From Candidatus Saccharimonadota bacterium (GTDB taxonomy: Bacteria; Patescibacteriota; Saccharimonadia; Saccharimonadales; UBA4665), in NCBI GenBank assembly GCA_028286385.1, contig JAQBRQ010000041.1, positions 826 to 64,825 on the forward strand: a DNA stretch of 64,000 nucleotides, written 5' to 3'. The stretch's first letter is position 1. The number at the start of each line of letters is the position of its first letter. The position numbers and the translations under genes are program-made. Below, one piece after another: positions 25,864 to 36,809 of this stretch. A model generated the notes under the pieces. That model was not told the origin of the DNA. It saw only the letters and a program-made list of their open reading frames with translations, and searched no databases.

Positions 25864-27147
25864 GTGACGATAGTGACGATACGAAGCATGCAAGAGGCTC
25901 ACGCCGTGCTGCAACCCTATGTGCCGCTGGTGGCACAACTAACTGGCAAAGACACAACGCTGGATCGTATTGTGCCGCTTATGGAGTTGTTGGGCAATCC
26001 GCAAGATGATTTGAAGATTATTCACATTGCCGGCACAAGCGGTAAAACTTCAACGGCTTACTACATGGCAGCGTTGCTCCAGGCAGCTAGCAGCCGCGTT
26101 GGGCTGACAGTATCCCCGCACATAGATAGCGTCACCGAACGAGTGCAAATTAACGGCCGCGCAATGACCGACGATGATTTTTGCACCCAGCTCGGCATAT
26201 TTCTAGACATTGTTGAGCAGCTCAAGCAACCGCCATCCTATTTTGAGCTACTATACGCGTTTTCTGTTTGGGTCTTTGCACGCCAACAGGTCGATTACGC
26301 AGTTATTGAAACTGGCATGGGCGGGCTATACGATGCCACGAACGTTGCAACGCGCCCAGATAAGATTTGCGTCATTACCGATATAGGCTTTGATCATATG
26401 AGTGTCCTTGGTACGTCGCTCGCAGACATCACTAAGCAGAAGATCGGTATCGTGCATCAATATAACGAGACCTTTATGTATCAGCAAACTTCGGAAGTTA
26501 TGACGACTATTGAGAAGTGGGTGAGCGACCACCACGCGCCGCTTACCGTAACGACACAGGAAATCGAGGCCACCACAAGCGAGCAAGCTGCAATGCTCAT
26601 GCCCGACTATCAAAAGCGCAACTGGCTGCTAGCGCGCCGCGTATATCAATACATTGCTGAGCGCGACGGTTTGCCGGAACTATCTACTGAATTGTTGCAA
26701 GCGACGCAGCGGTTACAAGTGCCAGCCAGAATGGATGTAAAGCAAATCGGTCAAAAGACTTTGATTATGGATGGCGCGCATAATCTTCAGAAAATGACAG
26801 CCTTTCTGGACAGCTTTAGGCAACAGTACAGAGGCACCAAGCCGGTCGTGTTGGTAGCTTTTAAAGCAGGGAAAGAATTTGAGCCAGTTATTCCATTGTT
26901 GTCTGCACTAGCTAGCAGGATTATTATAACAACGTTCGAAACCACGCAGGATATACTGGCTCACTCCATGGATCCTAATGTTCTCAAACAAGCATTTATG
27001 GACTACTCGCACGAAGTAGCTGTCGATGTTATAGCTGATAATCACGAAGCATACCAAGAACTACTCAAGGCCGAAGGCGCAACAGCCGTTATCACCGGTT
27101 CGTTTTACTTGTTAGCTCAAATAAGAAATAATGAGCATATCGTATGA
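25864..27147 (+). CDS. folC: Folylpolyglutamate synthase / dihydrofolate synthase (Mur ligase family)
   Basis: P-loop IHIAGTSGKTST, and VIETGMGGLYDATN. The layout is FolC-like. It overlaps folA by 4 nt. GTG start. Confidence 0.85.
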   Translation: MTIVTIRSMQEAHAVLQPYVPLVAQLTGKDTTLDRIVPLMELLGNPQDDLKIIHIAGTSGKTSTAYYMAALLQAASSRVGLTVSPHIDSVTERVQINGRAMTDDDFCTQLGIFLDIVEQLKQPPSYFELLYAFSVWVFARQQVDYAVIETGMGGLYDATNVATRPDKICVITDIGFDHMSVLGTSLADITKQKIGIVHQYNETFMYQQTSEVMTTIEKWVSDHHAPLTVTTQEIEATTSEQAAMLMPDYQKRNWLLARRVYQYIAERDGLPELSTELLQATQRLQVPARMDVKQIGQKTLIMDGAHNLQKMTAFLDSFRQQYRGTKPVVLVAFKAGKEFEPVIPLLSALASRIIITTFETTQDILAHSMDPNVLKQAFMDYSHEVAVDVIADNHEAYQELLKAEGATAVITGSFYLLAQIRNNEHIV

Positions 27148-27638
27148 TTAGATTAATTGTTGCCGCAGACCAAAAACGAGGCATAGCCAAAAAAGGCATT
27201 CAGCCATGGTATATCCCCGAAGATGAAGCCTATTTTGGTCGCCAAACAAAGCTTCACGGCGCACAGGTACTAGTTGGTAGCACAACCTTTAAGACGTTTA
27301 GCGAACCTTTAGCTGAGCGTACTAATTACGTACTAACCAGAAACACAGAACCTGTTGAGGGTGCTGTAGTTGTCAATAACCTCGATGCCTTCCTAGAAGA
27401 CCATAATAATCAAGATCTCTGGGTGATCGGCGGAGCGGCTGTCTTTGAGCAAGTTATGCAGAGCGGCAAAGCCGATGAATTATACGTAACGCATATTGAA
27501 GCAGATTTTGGCTGTGATCAATTTTTTCCAGCTTATGAGGATGCATTTGTACTTCGCGAACAAAGCGAGACGCGCCAACAGAATGGCTTTAGATTTAGCT
27601 ACGCGATATACGACAAGGTTGAGCCCAGCGCTACATAA
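27144..27638 (+). CDS. folA: Dihydrofolate reductase
   Basis: MIRLIVAADQKRGIAKKGIQPWYIPEDEAYF, VGSTTF, WVIGGAAVFEQ. Confidence 0.9.
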   Translation: MIRLIVAADQKRGIAKKGIQPWYIPEDEAYFGRQTKLHGAQVLVGSTTFKTFSEPLAERTNYVLTRNTEPVEGAVVVNNLDAFLEDHNNQDLWVIGGAAVFEQVMQSGKADELYVTHIEADFGCDQFFPAYEDAFVLREQSETRQQNGFRFSYAIYDKVEPSAT

Positions 27639-27738
27639 TATCGGTTTCTTCCACCTCAATGTCTACGGGACTTTCGGTATGAGCATGCTTGCCATCAGGC
27701 TCGATTACAACTTTACGCTGTATCTTTTTATTAGCCAT
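27631..27738 (-). CDS. Possible 35-aa small protein
   Basis: ATG preceded by a strong SD (GGGAGGTG, 5-nt spacing). The product is MANKKIQRKVVIEPDGKHAHTESPVDIEVEETDIM. It is convergent with the folA stop and overlaps it by 8 nt. Confidence 0.3.
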   Translation of the reverse strand: MANKKIQRKVVIEPDGKHAHTESPVDIEVEETDIM

Positions 27739-28078
27739 AAAGCACCTCCCTCGCGCATTATTTGATCAGTAACGTTATTAATTGTAAACAGCTTTCAAGC
27801 TGTCCACAGCGACATAATTCACACAAATAGTGTTAGAAAACTCATAGAGCAATATGCAGGACCCCCTTATGCTGTAGAAGGTAAAGTAACAAAACAAGGA
27901 AAGTATCATGGAAAGAGAATTACAGCTCAATTGTCGACCACGCAATAAGTCTTCATTTGACTTTAATAATCAATACGACTTGTTAGCAGGTGCAGAACGC
28001 TAAAGGCATACTGTTTGATTTTTTCTGTCATAGAAGTGTTCGGTTAAAAGGATAAATCAAGAACAAGAAGGAGTGCAT

Positions 28079-28348
28079 ATGAGTATAATCATTACTTTGA
28101 TCGTCGGTGGATTAGTCGGTTACATAGCAGCCAGGTTGCTCGGTCGCCGAGAAGGCGTGCTAGGGAGCGTTCTGATTGGTATCGTCGGTTCATTCATTGG
28201 TAGCTTTATATCGACGCTATTTTCCGGTTCAGACCAAGCGTACCTCGACTTTAGTTGGGTCGGCATTTTCTGGTCACTGATTGGTGCGCTGGTGTTAGTG
28301 GGCATTATGAATGCCATGTCTCACCCAAGCCCGCGTCACCACGTCTAA
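28079..28348 (+). CDS. GlsB/YeaQ/YmgE family stress-response membrane protein
   Basis: MSIIITLIVGGLVGYIAARLLG...GIVGSFIG is the transglycosylase-associated-protein family pattern. An AAGGAG SD lies 5 nt upstream of the ATG at 28079. Confidence 0.75.
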   Translation: MSIIITLIVGGLVGYIAARLLGRREGVLGSVLIGIVGSFIGSFISTLFSGSDQAYLDFSWVGIFWSLIGALVLVGIMNAMSHPSPRHHV

Positions 28349-28372
28349 GACTACTCTGATATCCTGTAATAA

Positions 28373-28404
28373 CCCCCGGGAAACCGGGGGTATCTTTATA
28401 TTTT
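28373..28404 (+). terminator. Intrinsic terminator
   Basis: CCCCCGG-GAAA-CCGGGGG followed by the T-rich TATCTTTATATTTT. Confidence 0.65.
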
Positions 28405-28457
28405 GAAAGCATGAGCATAATCGAGGTACAATAGAGACAGATAATCGAAAGGTAAGT

Positions 28458-30074
28458 ATGTCGGAGTTAACAGGTAGCGAACCGTGGAAAGCTTTGCAAG
28501 CTCATAAACAGGCCGTTGAGCGGACGCATATGCGCGATTTATTTGCGGGCAACCCAGAACGCGCCAAACAGTTCTCGGTTCAGGCAGCCGACCTCTGGAT
28601 TGACTACTCCAAGAATCTTATTACTGATGAAACTTTGAACTTATTGCTAGATTTGGCAAAATCACGCGATGTAGAAGCAAAAATACGAGCCATGTTTGCA
28701 GGGGAACGAATTAATACTACCGAAAACCGGCCGGTGCTGCACACGGCGCTGCGCAACCGTTCAGATGAAGCGGTTTTGGTTGATGGACAAGACGTTATGC
28801 CAGAAATTCGTAATGTGCTCCAACGAATGGCCAGCTTTTCGAATCTTGTGCGGAGTGGAGAATGGCTTGGCGCGACCGGTAAGCCCATCAAAAACGTTAT
28901 TAATATTGGCATTGGCGGGTCAGATCTGGGCCCGGTCATGGCCTATGAAGCCCTTAAAGCCTATAGCGACCGTAGCTTGACAGTGCGATTTGTTTCAAAT
29001 GTCGATGGCACGCATTTTTACGAAGCAACGCAAGATCTTGATCCAGCCGAAACGCTGTTTATTGTCGCTTCAAAAACATTCACGACTGACGAAACAATGA
29101 CCAATGCCGGGACTGCTCGCAGATGGGTGGCCGATGCCCTAGGTGAGTCAGCTATCGGACATCACTTTGTGGCAGTCTCGACCAACGCCGAAGAGGTCAG
29201 TAAATTTGGCATTGATCTCGAGAATATGTTCGGCTTTTGGGACTGGGTTGGCGGTCGTTATTCGCTATGCAGTGCCATTGGGCTGCCGGTTATGGTGGCG
29301 ATTGGTCCAGATAATTTTAATCGAATGCTCGACGGTTTCTACGCCATGGATCAGCACTTCAAAACGGCAGATTTTGAGCACAACGCGCCGGTTATCATGG
29401 CCTTACTTGGTGTCTGGTACACCAATTTCTGGGATGCTCAGAGCGAGGCAATCCTGCCGTACAATCAATATTTGAGCCGCTTTGCCGCCTATTTCCAGCA
29501 GGCAAATATGGAGAGCAACGGCAAAAGTGTCACCAAGGATGGTCAATATGTCGATTACGAAACCGGACCAGTCGTATGGGGTAAGCCCGGTACTAACGGT
29601 CAGCATGCTTTTTATCAACTGCTTCATCAGGGTACAAAACTCGTGCCGGCTGATTTTATTGGCTTCGCAAAGCCGCATCATTCAATGGGCGAGCATCACC
29701 ACAAATTAGTCGCAAACTTACTTGCTCAAACGCAGGCGCTAGCCTTTGGCAAAACTGCCGAAGAAGCACGCGCCGAAGGCATCGACGAGGCACTAATTGC
29801 ACACCGCACATTCCATGGTAATCGACCAACAAATACCATTCTAGCTTCCGAGCTAACACCAGAAACGTTTGGCCAGCTCGTCGCTCTCTACGAGCATAAA
29901 ATTTTTGTAGAAGGTGTTATATGGGGTATAAATTCGTTTGATCAGTGGGGCGTTGAGCTTGGCAAAGCGCTTGCTAAGGATGCCTATGGCTCAATCATAA
30001 ATCACCAGACTGACCCAAAGAACGATAGTTCCACCAATAGCCTTCTAGATAAATTCTTCGAACTCGAAAACTAG
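28458..30074 (+). CDS. pgi: Glucose-6-phosphate isomerase
   Basis: Full-length PGI: [40 protein letters not shown]. Confidence 0.95.
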   Translation: MSELTGSEPWKALQAHKQAVERTHMRDLFAGNPERAKQFSVQAADLWIDYSKNLITDETLNLLLDLAKSRDVEAKIRAMFAGERINTTENRPVLHTALRNRSDEAVLVDGQDVMPEIRNVLQRMASFSNLVRSGEWLGATGKPIKNVINIGIGGSDLGPVMAYEALKAYSDRSLTVRFVSNVDGTHFYEATQDLDPAETLFIVASKTFTTDETMTNAGTARRWVADALGESAIGHHFVAVSTNAEEVSKFGIDLENMFGFWDWVGGRYSLCSAIGLPVMVAIGPDNFNRMLDGFYAMDQHFKTADFEHNAPVIMALLGVWYTNFWDAQSEAILPYNQYLSRFAAYFQQANMESNGKSVTKDGQYVDYETGPVVWGKPGTNGQHAFYQLLHQGTKLVPADFIGFAKPHHSMGEHHHKLVANLLAQTQALAFGKTAEEARAEGIDEALIAHRTFHGNRPTNTILASELTPETFGQLVALYEHKIFVEGVIWGINSFDQWGVELGKALAKDAYGSIINHQTDPKNDSSTNSLLDKFFELEN

Positions 30075-30075
30075 C

Positions 30076-30621
30076 ATGATCTACGTTGCGCTACTCAGAG
30101 GAATTAACGTTGGCGGTAATAATAAAGTTAGTATGGCCGCACTCAAAATTTGCCTTGAAGAGCTGGGCTATGAAAGTGTAAAAACCTATATCAACAGCGG
30201 CAATGTTATTTTTAAGAGCAGCGAAGTCGACCCGCGTAAGCTTGAATCGGCCATAGAAAATTCTCTAGTTAAAACATTCGGCCATTCTATTAAAGTGGTC
30301 GTTCGAAGCCTGCCAGAAATTGCGGAAATGATGACCAAGATTCCTAAAGGCTGGCACACGGCAACCGACAAAAAGTGTAACGTTATATTCTTGCGTCACG
30401 CAATTGACTCACCCGAAGTAGTTAGTGGGCTGAACCCAAAGCCAGGTATTGAAGAGCTTATCTACCACAAGGGTGTTCTGCTGTGGGCGGCTAACACCAG
30501 TGACCTTACCAAGAGCTCGATGATTAAGCTATCAATGCATGGCATCTACAAAGAAATGACTATCCGTAACCTCAACACCACCCGCAAGATTTACGAGCTA
30601 ATGTCGGCCGCTGCTAGATAA
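30076..30621 (+). CDS. DUF1697 domain protein
   Basis: MIYVALLRGINVGGNNKVSMAALK...YINSGNVIF is the DUF1697 signature. Confidence 0.75.
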   Translation: MIYVALLRGINVGGNNKVSMAALKICLEELGYESVKTYINSGNVIFKSSEVDPRKLESAIENSLVKTFGHSIKVVVRSLPEIAEMMTKIPKGWHTATDKKCNVIFLRHAIDSPEVVSGLNPKPGIEELIYHKGVLLWAANTSDLTKSSMIKLSMHGIYKEMTIRNLNTTRKIYELMSAAAR

Positions 30622-30630
30622 TTCATAGAA

Positions 30631-31347
30631 GTGCCAAAGTGCAATTGCTACGCTAATGCAATGTATAGCAGAATATCGTACTCCTTTGATGTACTGAAGC
30701 CGTTTTTGCTCAGGCAGCTAACGTTCGTGTCACTTGTTTTTTGGACGGCAGTCTTGGTATTTGTAGCGCTGGCCGACGAGATACATGGCAAAAAAACTCT
30801 ACCATTTGATGTGCCGCTGCTGCACGCTGTGCACGATCTTTCGAGTCCAAGATTGAATGATATTGCAGTTTTTGTGACGAACTTAGGAGGCGCGCCGTTC
30901 ATTATTGTTGCGACGTTGGCAATTGCCGGAGGGCTGCTCTATCTTAAAAAGAAAAGACAAGCTTACATAGTGCTTAGCACGGCCGGTGGTGCCGCGGTAA
31001 TGAACTATGTCTTGAAGCTATTTTTTGCCAGGGACCGACCGTCTCTCTGGCAGTCAATAATCACCCAGAGTAGCTATTCGTTTCCGAGCGGCCACGCTAT
31101 GGCGAGCAGCGCCCTAGCCTTTAGCCTGATTGCTATCGCCTGGCACACAAAGTGGAGAGTGCTGGCTATGATACTCGGTGCGTACTATATTCTTATTATC
31201 GGTTTCACGCGGATTTATTTGGGCGTACATTTTCCGTCTGATGTGCTTGCTGGATGGTGCATCAGCCTGATCTGGACAGTCATTGTGTACAACGTCTTTA
31301 GAGAAAGATCGGTGCGGTTCTGGCGCTCACGTTTAGGGCTGCGTTAG
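30631..31347 (+). CDS. PAP2-family phosphatase
   Basis: The acid phosphatase motifs are KLFFARDRP, SFPSGHA and RIYLGVHFPSD. The start is uncertain (GTG 30631 or ATG 30661). Confidence 0.8.
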   Translation: MPKCNCYANAMYSRISYSFDVLKPFLLRQLTFVSLVFWTAVLVFVALADEIHGKKTLPFDVPLLHAVHDLSSPRLNDIAVFVTNLGGAPFIIVATLAIAGGLLYLKKKRQAYIVLSTAGGAAVMNYVLKLFFARDRPSLWQSIITQSSYSFPSGHAMASSALAFSLIAIAWHTKWRVLAMILGAYYILIIGFTRIYLGVHFPSDVLAGWCISLIWTVIVYNVFRERSVRFWRSRLGLR

Positions 31348-32079
31348 GCTGACGTGTCCAAACTCGGCCAAGACGTTAAAGGTGTATGGAGAATTGGGCA
31401 CAGAATAGTAGTACATTATATAGCCAGCTTTATCTGAGCAAGTTGCCCATTTAGGCTTAGACATGTATGGCAACACATCAAAGATTTGCATTGAATCGTA
31501 GTTGCGTAATGGTGTGCCGGTTTCGGCCTTGGCGACCATAGGTAAGGTGAGGCTATAGCCGTTTTCCCACTCATAGCCTTGATAGGTGTAGGCTGTATTG
31601 TTGGTCAGCCAAACATTTGTAAATGAGTTACCGTCTTTTTGGGCGCAAAATGCAGTCGTAGGCCTTGTGATAGTGGATGCTGCAACTGGAGGAGCCGTGG
31701 TAGTGACAGTGGGTGTGGTTGTAGCTGGTGTTGGACTGGTAGTTGCTGGCACAGCTTTCTTGACCGCGCCCGTTGTAGAGTTATTAACCGGCGTAGCTGG
31801 TTTAGTCGGTGTAGAGGTAGTTGACGGGCTGTTTTTGGCAGTGGGGACAGGCGTGTCCTTGGTTTGAAGTTCATTTGCTTTCTGAGTTGAGACCTTTAAC
31901 TTATCTGCCGAGGCAATCTTACCGTTTGCCTGTGTCTGTTGGCTCAATTTTTTATCTTGCTGAGCCTGATATACTCTTGAGAGTCCAACGCCGGAAACTC
32001 CTACAACAAGAGCAGCAATAACTATGATGTGTGCGGATATAAATCCAGCCGAGGTTCTATCTATATGTGGTATTTTCAT
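31333..32079 (-). CDS. Secreted or anchored protein with a Thr/Pro-rich linker, hypothetical
   Basis: An N-terminal hydrophobic anchor, a long T/P/A-rich low-complexity linker, and a ~110-aa C-terminal globular region. Confidence 0.5.
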   Translation of the reverse strand: MKIPHIDRTSAGFISAHIIVIAALVVGVSGVGLSRVYQAQQDKKLSQQTQANGKIASADKLKVSTQKANELQTKDTPVPTAKNSPSTTSTPTKPATPVNNSTTGAVKKAVPATTSPTPATTTPTVTTTAPPVAASTITRPTTAFCAQKDGNSFTNVWLTNNTAYTYQGYEWENGYSLTLPMVAKAETGTPLRNYDSMQIFDVLPYMSKPKWATCSDKAGYIMYYYSVPNSPYTFNVLAEFGHVSLTQP

Positions 32080-32236
32080 TTTTTGTTTTGTATTTATATT
32101 AATGACTTAGTTGTAACTATAGCTACTATTAATGCGCTGTCAACTACTGCCGCATAAATGAGTACTGCACAAATCTTAACAGACAGACTGCCAGAATGGG
32201 TGCTAGACTACCTATTTGACAAGTAGGGGAGAACTT

Positions 32237-34939
32237 ATGGCAAACGGCAGCTGTGATATGAACGATGGGAACCCGGCGTCTCATAAGGTGCGCATTCGAC
32301 AAAACGGTAAGGAATCCACGCTTGAATTGTGCGATGCCCACTACCGCCAGCTGCTGCGAAGTCAGTCCCAAACATCACCTTTCGAGAGCCTATTTTCTAG
32401 CGGCTTTGGGGATCCATTCGGAGATAATTTCCCTGATCTTGCTTCCCAACTCGGATCCCCGCTACCCCGTGACCGTGAGGCTACGAACATACAGGAATAC
32501 ATATCCGAACACACAAAAGAAATTATCCAGCAGGCTGCCGAGACGACTGTGCAATACGGACGGACTGAAGTTGATACCGAGCATTTGCTGTACGCCCTGA
32601 TGAGTAGTGAAATAGTCCAAGAAATACTCAAGCAGTTCAAACTCAAGAGCGAAGATCTCAAAACGTACATAGAGGCTAACGCTCCAAAAAGCGAACCGTC
32701 TATCAAGCCTGAGCAGACTACTGAAGTAACCGTATCACCACGAGTGAAGCAGGTGCTAGAAAACGCTTTCCATGACTCGCGTGAACTTGGTCATAGTTAC
32801 GTTGGGCCGGAACATTTGCTTCTAGGATTGTTGCAAGAAGACGACGGTATGGCCGGTGATCTACTGCGTCGCTATGGTTTAACACCCGAGAGTTTACGCC
32901 AAAAAATTATCAAAGTTGTTGGCAAGGGTGCCGAAGAAGGTCGACTGGATGGCCACTCAAATACGCCACAGATCGACAAGTATTCGCGTGACCTTTCTGA
33001 ACTAGCCCGCCAAGGTAACCTGGACCCAGTCATTGGTCGCGCCAGGGAAATCGAAACAACTATAGAGGTCTTAGCTCGCCGCACTAAAAATAACCCAGTG
33101 CTGATTGGTGAGCCAGGTGTCGGTAAAACCGCGATAGTCGAGGGCCTCGCCCAGCGCATCTACCATGGCAACGTTCCGCAGGTTCTACAGGAAAAGCGAG
33201 TAGTAGAACTTAACCTGAACGCCATGATTGCCGGCAGTAAATACCGAGGCGAATTCGAGGAGCGCATGAAGGCCGTACTAGACGAGATAACCGCTCACCA
33301 GGATGAGCTGATAATTTTTATTGACGAGCTGCATACTGTCGTCGGTGCTGGTCAGGGCGGCGGTGAAGGAGGCGTGGACGTTGCTAATGTCATGAAGCCA
33401 GCGCTTGCTCGCGGTGAACTACACCTTGTCGGTGCCACCACGCTCAACGAGTACCAGAAATACATCGAGAAGGACGCTGCGCTGGAGCGACGCTTTCAGC
33501 CAATATTAGTGCCTGAGCCAACGGTAGAACAAACAATTGAAATATTGCGCGGCCTGCGCGATAAATACGAGGCTCATCACAAAGTGAAAATTACTGATGA
33601 AGCAGTCGTTGCGGCCGCCGAGCTCAGCGACCGTTATATCGCAAATCGCTTTCTACCCGATAAAGCCATAGACCTTATTGATCAAGCCGCAGCACGGGTA
33701 CGAATTGGCACCGATACCTATACACAGGACATGACTAGTCTCGACGATACGATTCGCCGTACTAAGCGTGAACGCGAGTATGCCGTCAATCATAAGCAGA
33801 TGGAGGAAGCCAATAAATTAGAGCGCGAACTCAAAAACCTTACTACCCAAAAAGATAAAAAAGAAAATGAGTGGCATGCCAGTAAAGGCGTAACTTCTAA
33901 AGAAGTTCTTGTTGAGCATATTGCCCAGGTAGTATCGAGCATTACCGGCATACCGGTAAGCGAATTGACCGAAGAAGAGAAGAGCAAGCTACTTAAGATG
34001 GAGGAGCGCCTGCACGAACGGGTAATCGGTCAGGAAGAAGCGGTGGCTGCCGTGTCTGATGCGGTGCGCATGAACCGAGCAGGGCTTATGGAGGGTAATC
34101 GACCGATTGCCACTCTCCTCTTTCTTGGGCCCACCGGCGTTGGCAAGACGGAGCTCGCTAAAGCTCTCGCCTGGCTAGTTTTTGGAGATGAGGATGCCAT
34201 GGTTCGCATAGATATGTCAGAGTACATGGAGCGCCATGCGACGGCCCGACTAATCGGTGCGCCTCCCGGCTATGTCGGCTATGAAGAAGGTGGCCAACTG
34301 ACGGAGCGGGTCCGCCGTAAGCCTTACAGTGTTCTGCTGCTCGACGAAATCGAGAAAGCTCACCCGGATGTTCACAATATATTGCTGCAAGTCTTCGATG
34401 ATGGCCGGCTAACCGACGGCAAGGGCAGGGTGGTAGACTTTTCTAATACCATTATCATAGCTACTTCCAACCTTGGGTCTCACCTCATTCAGGAGAATCT
34501 AACACCAGACAATAAAGAGAAAAAGCCGTACGATGAGCTCAAGGAGCAACTACTGGATGTCTTGCGCACCCACTTCCGCCCAGAGTTCCTGAACCGCATC
34601 GATGAGACAATAATCTTCCACTCACTTACCAAAGAGCAAATTAAAGAAATTGTACGCTTGCAGCTAGAGCGGGTAGCTCGAACGGCTCGCGGCCAAGGTA
34701 TCGAGCTTGCATTTGATCAATCAGTGCTTGACCACCTAGCGGAGGTAGGCTATCAGCCGGAGTATGGTGCCCGCGAGCTGCGCAGGCGCATAAAAAGTGA
34801 GATAGAAAACAAGCTGGCCAAGGAAATGTTGAGGGGCAATATAAGCGAGGGCAGCAGTGCCACTATTAGCTATGACAAATCGAAGGGCATTGTCTTTAAA
34901 AAACGCCGTCACGCAATCAAAAAGTCGCCCGCTAATTAG
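32237..34939 (+). CDS. Clp/Hsp100 AAA+ chaperone (ClpB/ClpC family) with an N-terminal extension
   Basis: Two Clp_N repeats and two AAA modules ([13 protein letters not shown]; [19 protein letters not shown]). A coiled-coil middle region is present. I saw no obvious ClpP-docking IGF-type loop. I prefer the ATG at 32237, which follows GGGGAGA. Confidence 0.9.
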   Translation: MANGSCDMNDGNPASHKVRIRQNGKESTLELCDAHYRQLLRSQSQTSPFESLFSSGFGDPFGDNFPDLASQLGSPLPRDREATNIQEYISEHTKEIIQQAAETTVQYGRTEVDTEHLLYALMSSEIVQEILKQFKLKSEDLKTYIEANAPKSEPSIKPEQTTEVTVSPRVKQVLENAFHDSRELGHSYVGPEHLLLGLLQEDDGMAGDLLRRYGLTPESLRQKIIKVVGKGAEEGRLDGHSNTPQIDKYSRDLSELARQGNLDPVIGRAREIETTIEVLARRTKNNPVLIGEPGVGKTAIVEGLAQRIYHGNVPQVLQEKRVVELNLNAMIAGSKYRGEFEERMKAVLDEITAHQDELIIFIDELHTVVGAGQGGGEGGVDVANVMKPALARGELHLVGATTLNEYQKYIEKDAALERRFQPILVPEPTVEQTIEILRGLRDKYEAHHKVKITDEAVVAAAELSDRYIANRFLPDKAIDLIDQAAARVRIGTDTYTQDMTSLDDTIRRTKREREYAVNHKQMEEANKLERELKNLTTQKDKKENEWHASKGVTSKEVLVEHIAQVVSSITGIPVSELTEEEKSKLLKMEERLHERVIGQEEAVAAVSDAVRMNRAGLMEGNRPIATLLFLGPTGVGKTELAKALAWLVFGDEDAMVRIDMSEYMERHATARLIGAPPGYVGYEEGGQLTERVRRKPYSVLLLDEIEKAHPDVHNILLQVFDDGRLTDGKGRVVDFSNTIIIATSNLGSHLIQENLTPDNKEKKPYDELKEQLLDVLRTHFRPEFLNRIDETIIFHSLTKEQIKEIVRLQLERVARTARGQGIELAFDQSVLDHLAEVGYQPEYGARELRRRIKSEIENKLAKEMLRGNISEGSSATISYDKSKGIVFKKRRHAIKKSPAN

Positions 34940-34945
34940 TAGAGC

Positions 34946-35545
34946 TTAACGGCTTTGGAGGGCGTCAAGCATGACACCCATAGCTACGAAAACTCTGGGG
35001 TCCAGTTCTGTGGCAGCTTTGTCGTCAACGTCCAGCCGGTAGTTGTCTCTAAACGTGGTGACCTTATCGTAAGAGGCCTGCACTGTGCCGGTGTTGGGAT
35101 CAATGAAATCGAAGTGATATTTTACGAAGAATGGGATGTCGCCGACAATAGGCAAGAATTCCCATAACCGCCGCATGATTGCCAAGCCGGTACTTCTTTC
35201 GCGGACAATCAAATGTGGAGCGTCCTCTTGGCCTGGTTGGAATATATGCCAGGTGCTTTTTAGCAGCGAAGCCCCAAAAGCTTTACCTACTACACCCAAG
35301 ATTTTGCCAGACTCATCCTTGATGTCGTATCGCGCCCCAAAATCGATTACCTGGCGAGCTTGGACTTCAAGCAAAATGCTACTTTTTGATTCATCATTAT
35401 AGAGCGTAAATTTTTCACGAAACGCAAAGCGCTTTTGATGGGCGAATGCAATTAATTTGCCCTGACCGCCTGCCTCATCGGCTTCGTACACTTTGTATTG
35501 ATTGGCCAAAGGTTGAATTCTCTGCTGGATATAGAATCTTTTCAT
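34946..35545 (-). CDS. LURP-one-related / scramblase-like (tubby C-terminal fold) protein
   Basis: The repeating pattern around ...YKVYEADEAGGQGKLIAFAHQKRFAFREKFTLYND...YDIKDESGKILGVV resembles DUF567/LOR proteins. This is recall only. Confidence 0.4.
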   Translation of the reverse strand: MKRFYIQQRIQPLANQYKVYEADEAGGQGKLIAFAHQKRFAFREKFTLYNDESKSSILLEVQARQVIDFGARYDIKDESGKILGVVGKAFGASLLKSTWHIFQPGQEDAPHLIVRERSTGLAIMRRLWEFLPIVGDIPFFVKYHFDFIDPNTGTVQASYDKVTTFRDNYRLDVDDKAATELDPRVFVAMGVMLDALQSR

Positions 35546-35580
35546 AACTGAAGTATAACAAAAAATCCGGCCCGGAAGTT

Positions 35581-36156
35581 TTATATAAGCTCGATACCAA
35601 AGTCCCTGAGCGCTAGAGTGGCGCTTGCAAGCGGTAATCCCACTACGTTGCTGTAGTCTCCCTCGATCCTTTCGACAAAAGCAGCGCCCAGACCTTGGAC
35701 TGTGTAGGCGCCGGCCTTAGCTAGAACATTCTCTTTGGCGAGGTAGTTGTCGATTTCTGTGCTGCTGAGCTCTCTAAAATAAACCCTGGTTTCGACGGCG
35801 GCGGAGTATTCTTTGCCAGTATCCGTGTCTAAAATAGCAAAGCCTGTGATAAACAAATGGCACTGTCCGCTCAGCATTGTAAGCATCTGATTGGCTCTAG
35901 CCTCAGTGTGAGGCTTGCCTAGAAGTTGTTTGTCAAACACTGCAAAACTGTCCGCAGACAAGATTATAGAATTCGTGTGGCGTGAGGCTACACTGCGCCC
36001 TTTCCCTAAAGCTAAGTGAATTGCTAACTCATTTGGTTCCAGAGGCAAGGTCATATCCTCCTCGTAGTCACTAACATCCACAATAAAAGAGGCATGTGCT
36101 CTACTCAGAAGTTCCTCACGTGCCGGAGACGCGGATGCTAGAACGAGCTGTTTCAT
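35581..36156 (-). CDS. maf: Maf-family nucleoside triphosphate pyrophosphatase
   Basis: LVLASASPAREELL, SADS, KAGAYTVQG. Confidence 0.85.
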   Translation of the reverse strand: MKQLVLASASPAREELLSRAHASFIVDVSDYEEDMTLPLEPNELAIHLALGKGRSVASRHTNSIILSADSFAVFDKQLLGKPHTEARANQMLTMLSGQCHLFITGFAILDTDTGKEYSAAVETRVYFRELSSTEIDNYLAKENVLAKAGAYTVQGLGAAFVERIEGDYSNVVGLPLASATLALRDFGIELI

Positions 36157-36809
36157 GCAGTAATCCAGTTCTCCTGCACGCTCAGGTTTTCTTTTTCCAC
36201 AATTTCCATGGTCTCCGCATTCTGATGCATTTCTTTCCAGCTACCACGTTCCGGGTGACCAATAGCTGATGCAAAGCGGTCCCGGAAGAAGCGCGGCTCG
36301 GCTAAGTCTGTGTCTACTGTCCACATATCTTTACCTATTGAGAAGAATAAATATCCTCCTTGACCCTTGTAGAGTTCTTGAAGCTCAGAGAGGTCGGCTA
36401 GAGGCGTGCGCTTCTCTGCGCCCTCAGGAACAATGTCGTCGGGGCTGCCTGTAAATGGTAGAAAGTGAATATGAGAATGGAATACTGTTTGACCAAAAAC
36501 GCCATGCTCAAAAGTTGCCACCGAACCATATTGTACTTGCACGAAAGTCGACACTTTATCATACAGTTCTTTAAACTCCTGTAGTAGGCCAGGTTCGTAC
36601 TCTCCAATGCAAGACAAATGGGCTTTTGGGATGACAAGGATATGCCCTTCTTTTAGAGGATGAGCGTCACAAACAATACGAAAGCTACTTGTTTCGCCAA
36701 GTGAGTAAAGATATGCCTGTGACGCAAGTGAGCAGTGAGGACAATCTTTTTTGATAGCCTCTTCAGATAAGTCTTCCATCCTTTCAAGCAGCTCGCAGTA
36801 TATCTTCAT
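36153..36809 (-). CDS. HIT-family protein
   Basis: GHILVIPKAHL and the histidine triad VFHSHIHFLP. It overlaps maf by 4 nt. Confidence 0.7.
   Translation of the reverse strand: MKIYCELLERMEDLSEEAIKKDCPHCSLASQAYLYSLGETSSFRIVCDAHPLKEGHILVIPKAHLSCIGEYEPGLLQEFKELYDKVSTFVQVQYGSVATFEHGVFGQTVFHSHIHFLPFTGSPDDIVPEGAEKRTPLADLSELQELYKGQGGYLFFSIGKDMWTVDTDLAEPRFFRDRFASAIGHPERGSWKEMHQNAETMEIVEKENLSVQENWITA

Noticed and set aside
32080-32236. Heat-shock operators (CIRCE, CtsR box, HAIR) upstream of the Clp chaperone gene.
   Set aside because: Only partial half-site-like strings, such as TTTGAC, are present. I found no convincing inverted or direct repeat that matches the known consensus sequences.
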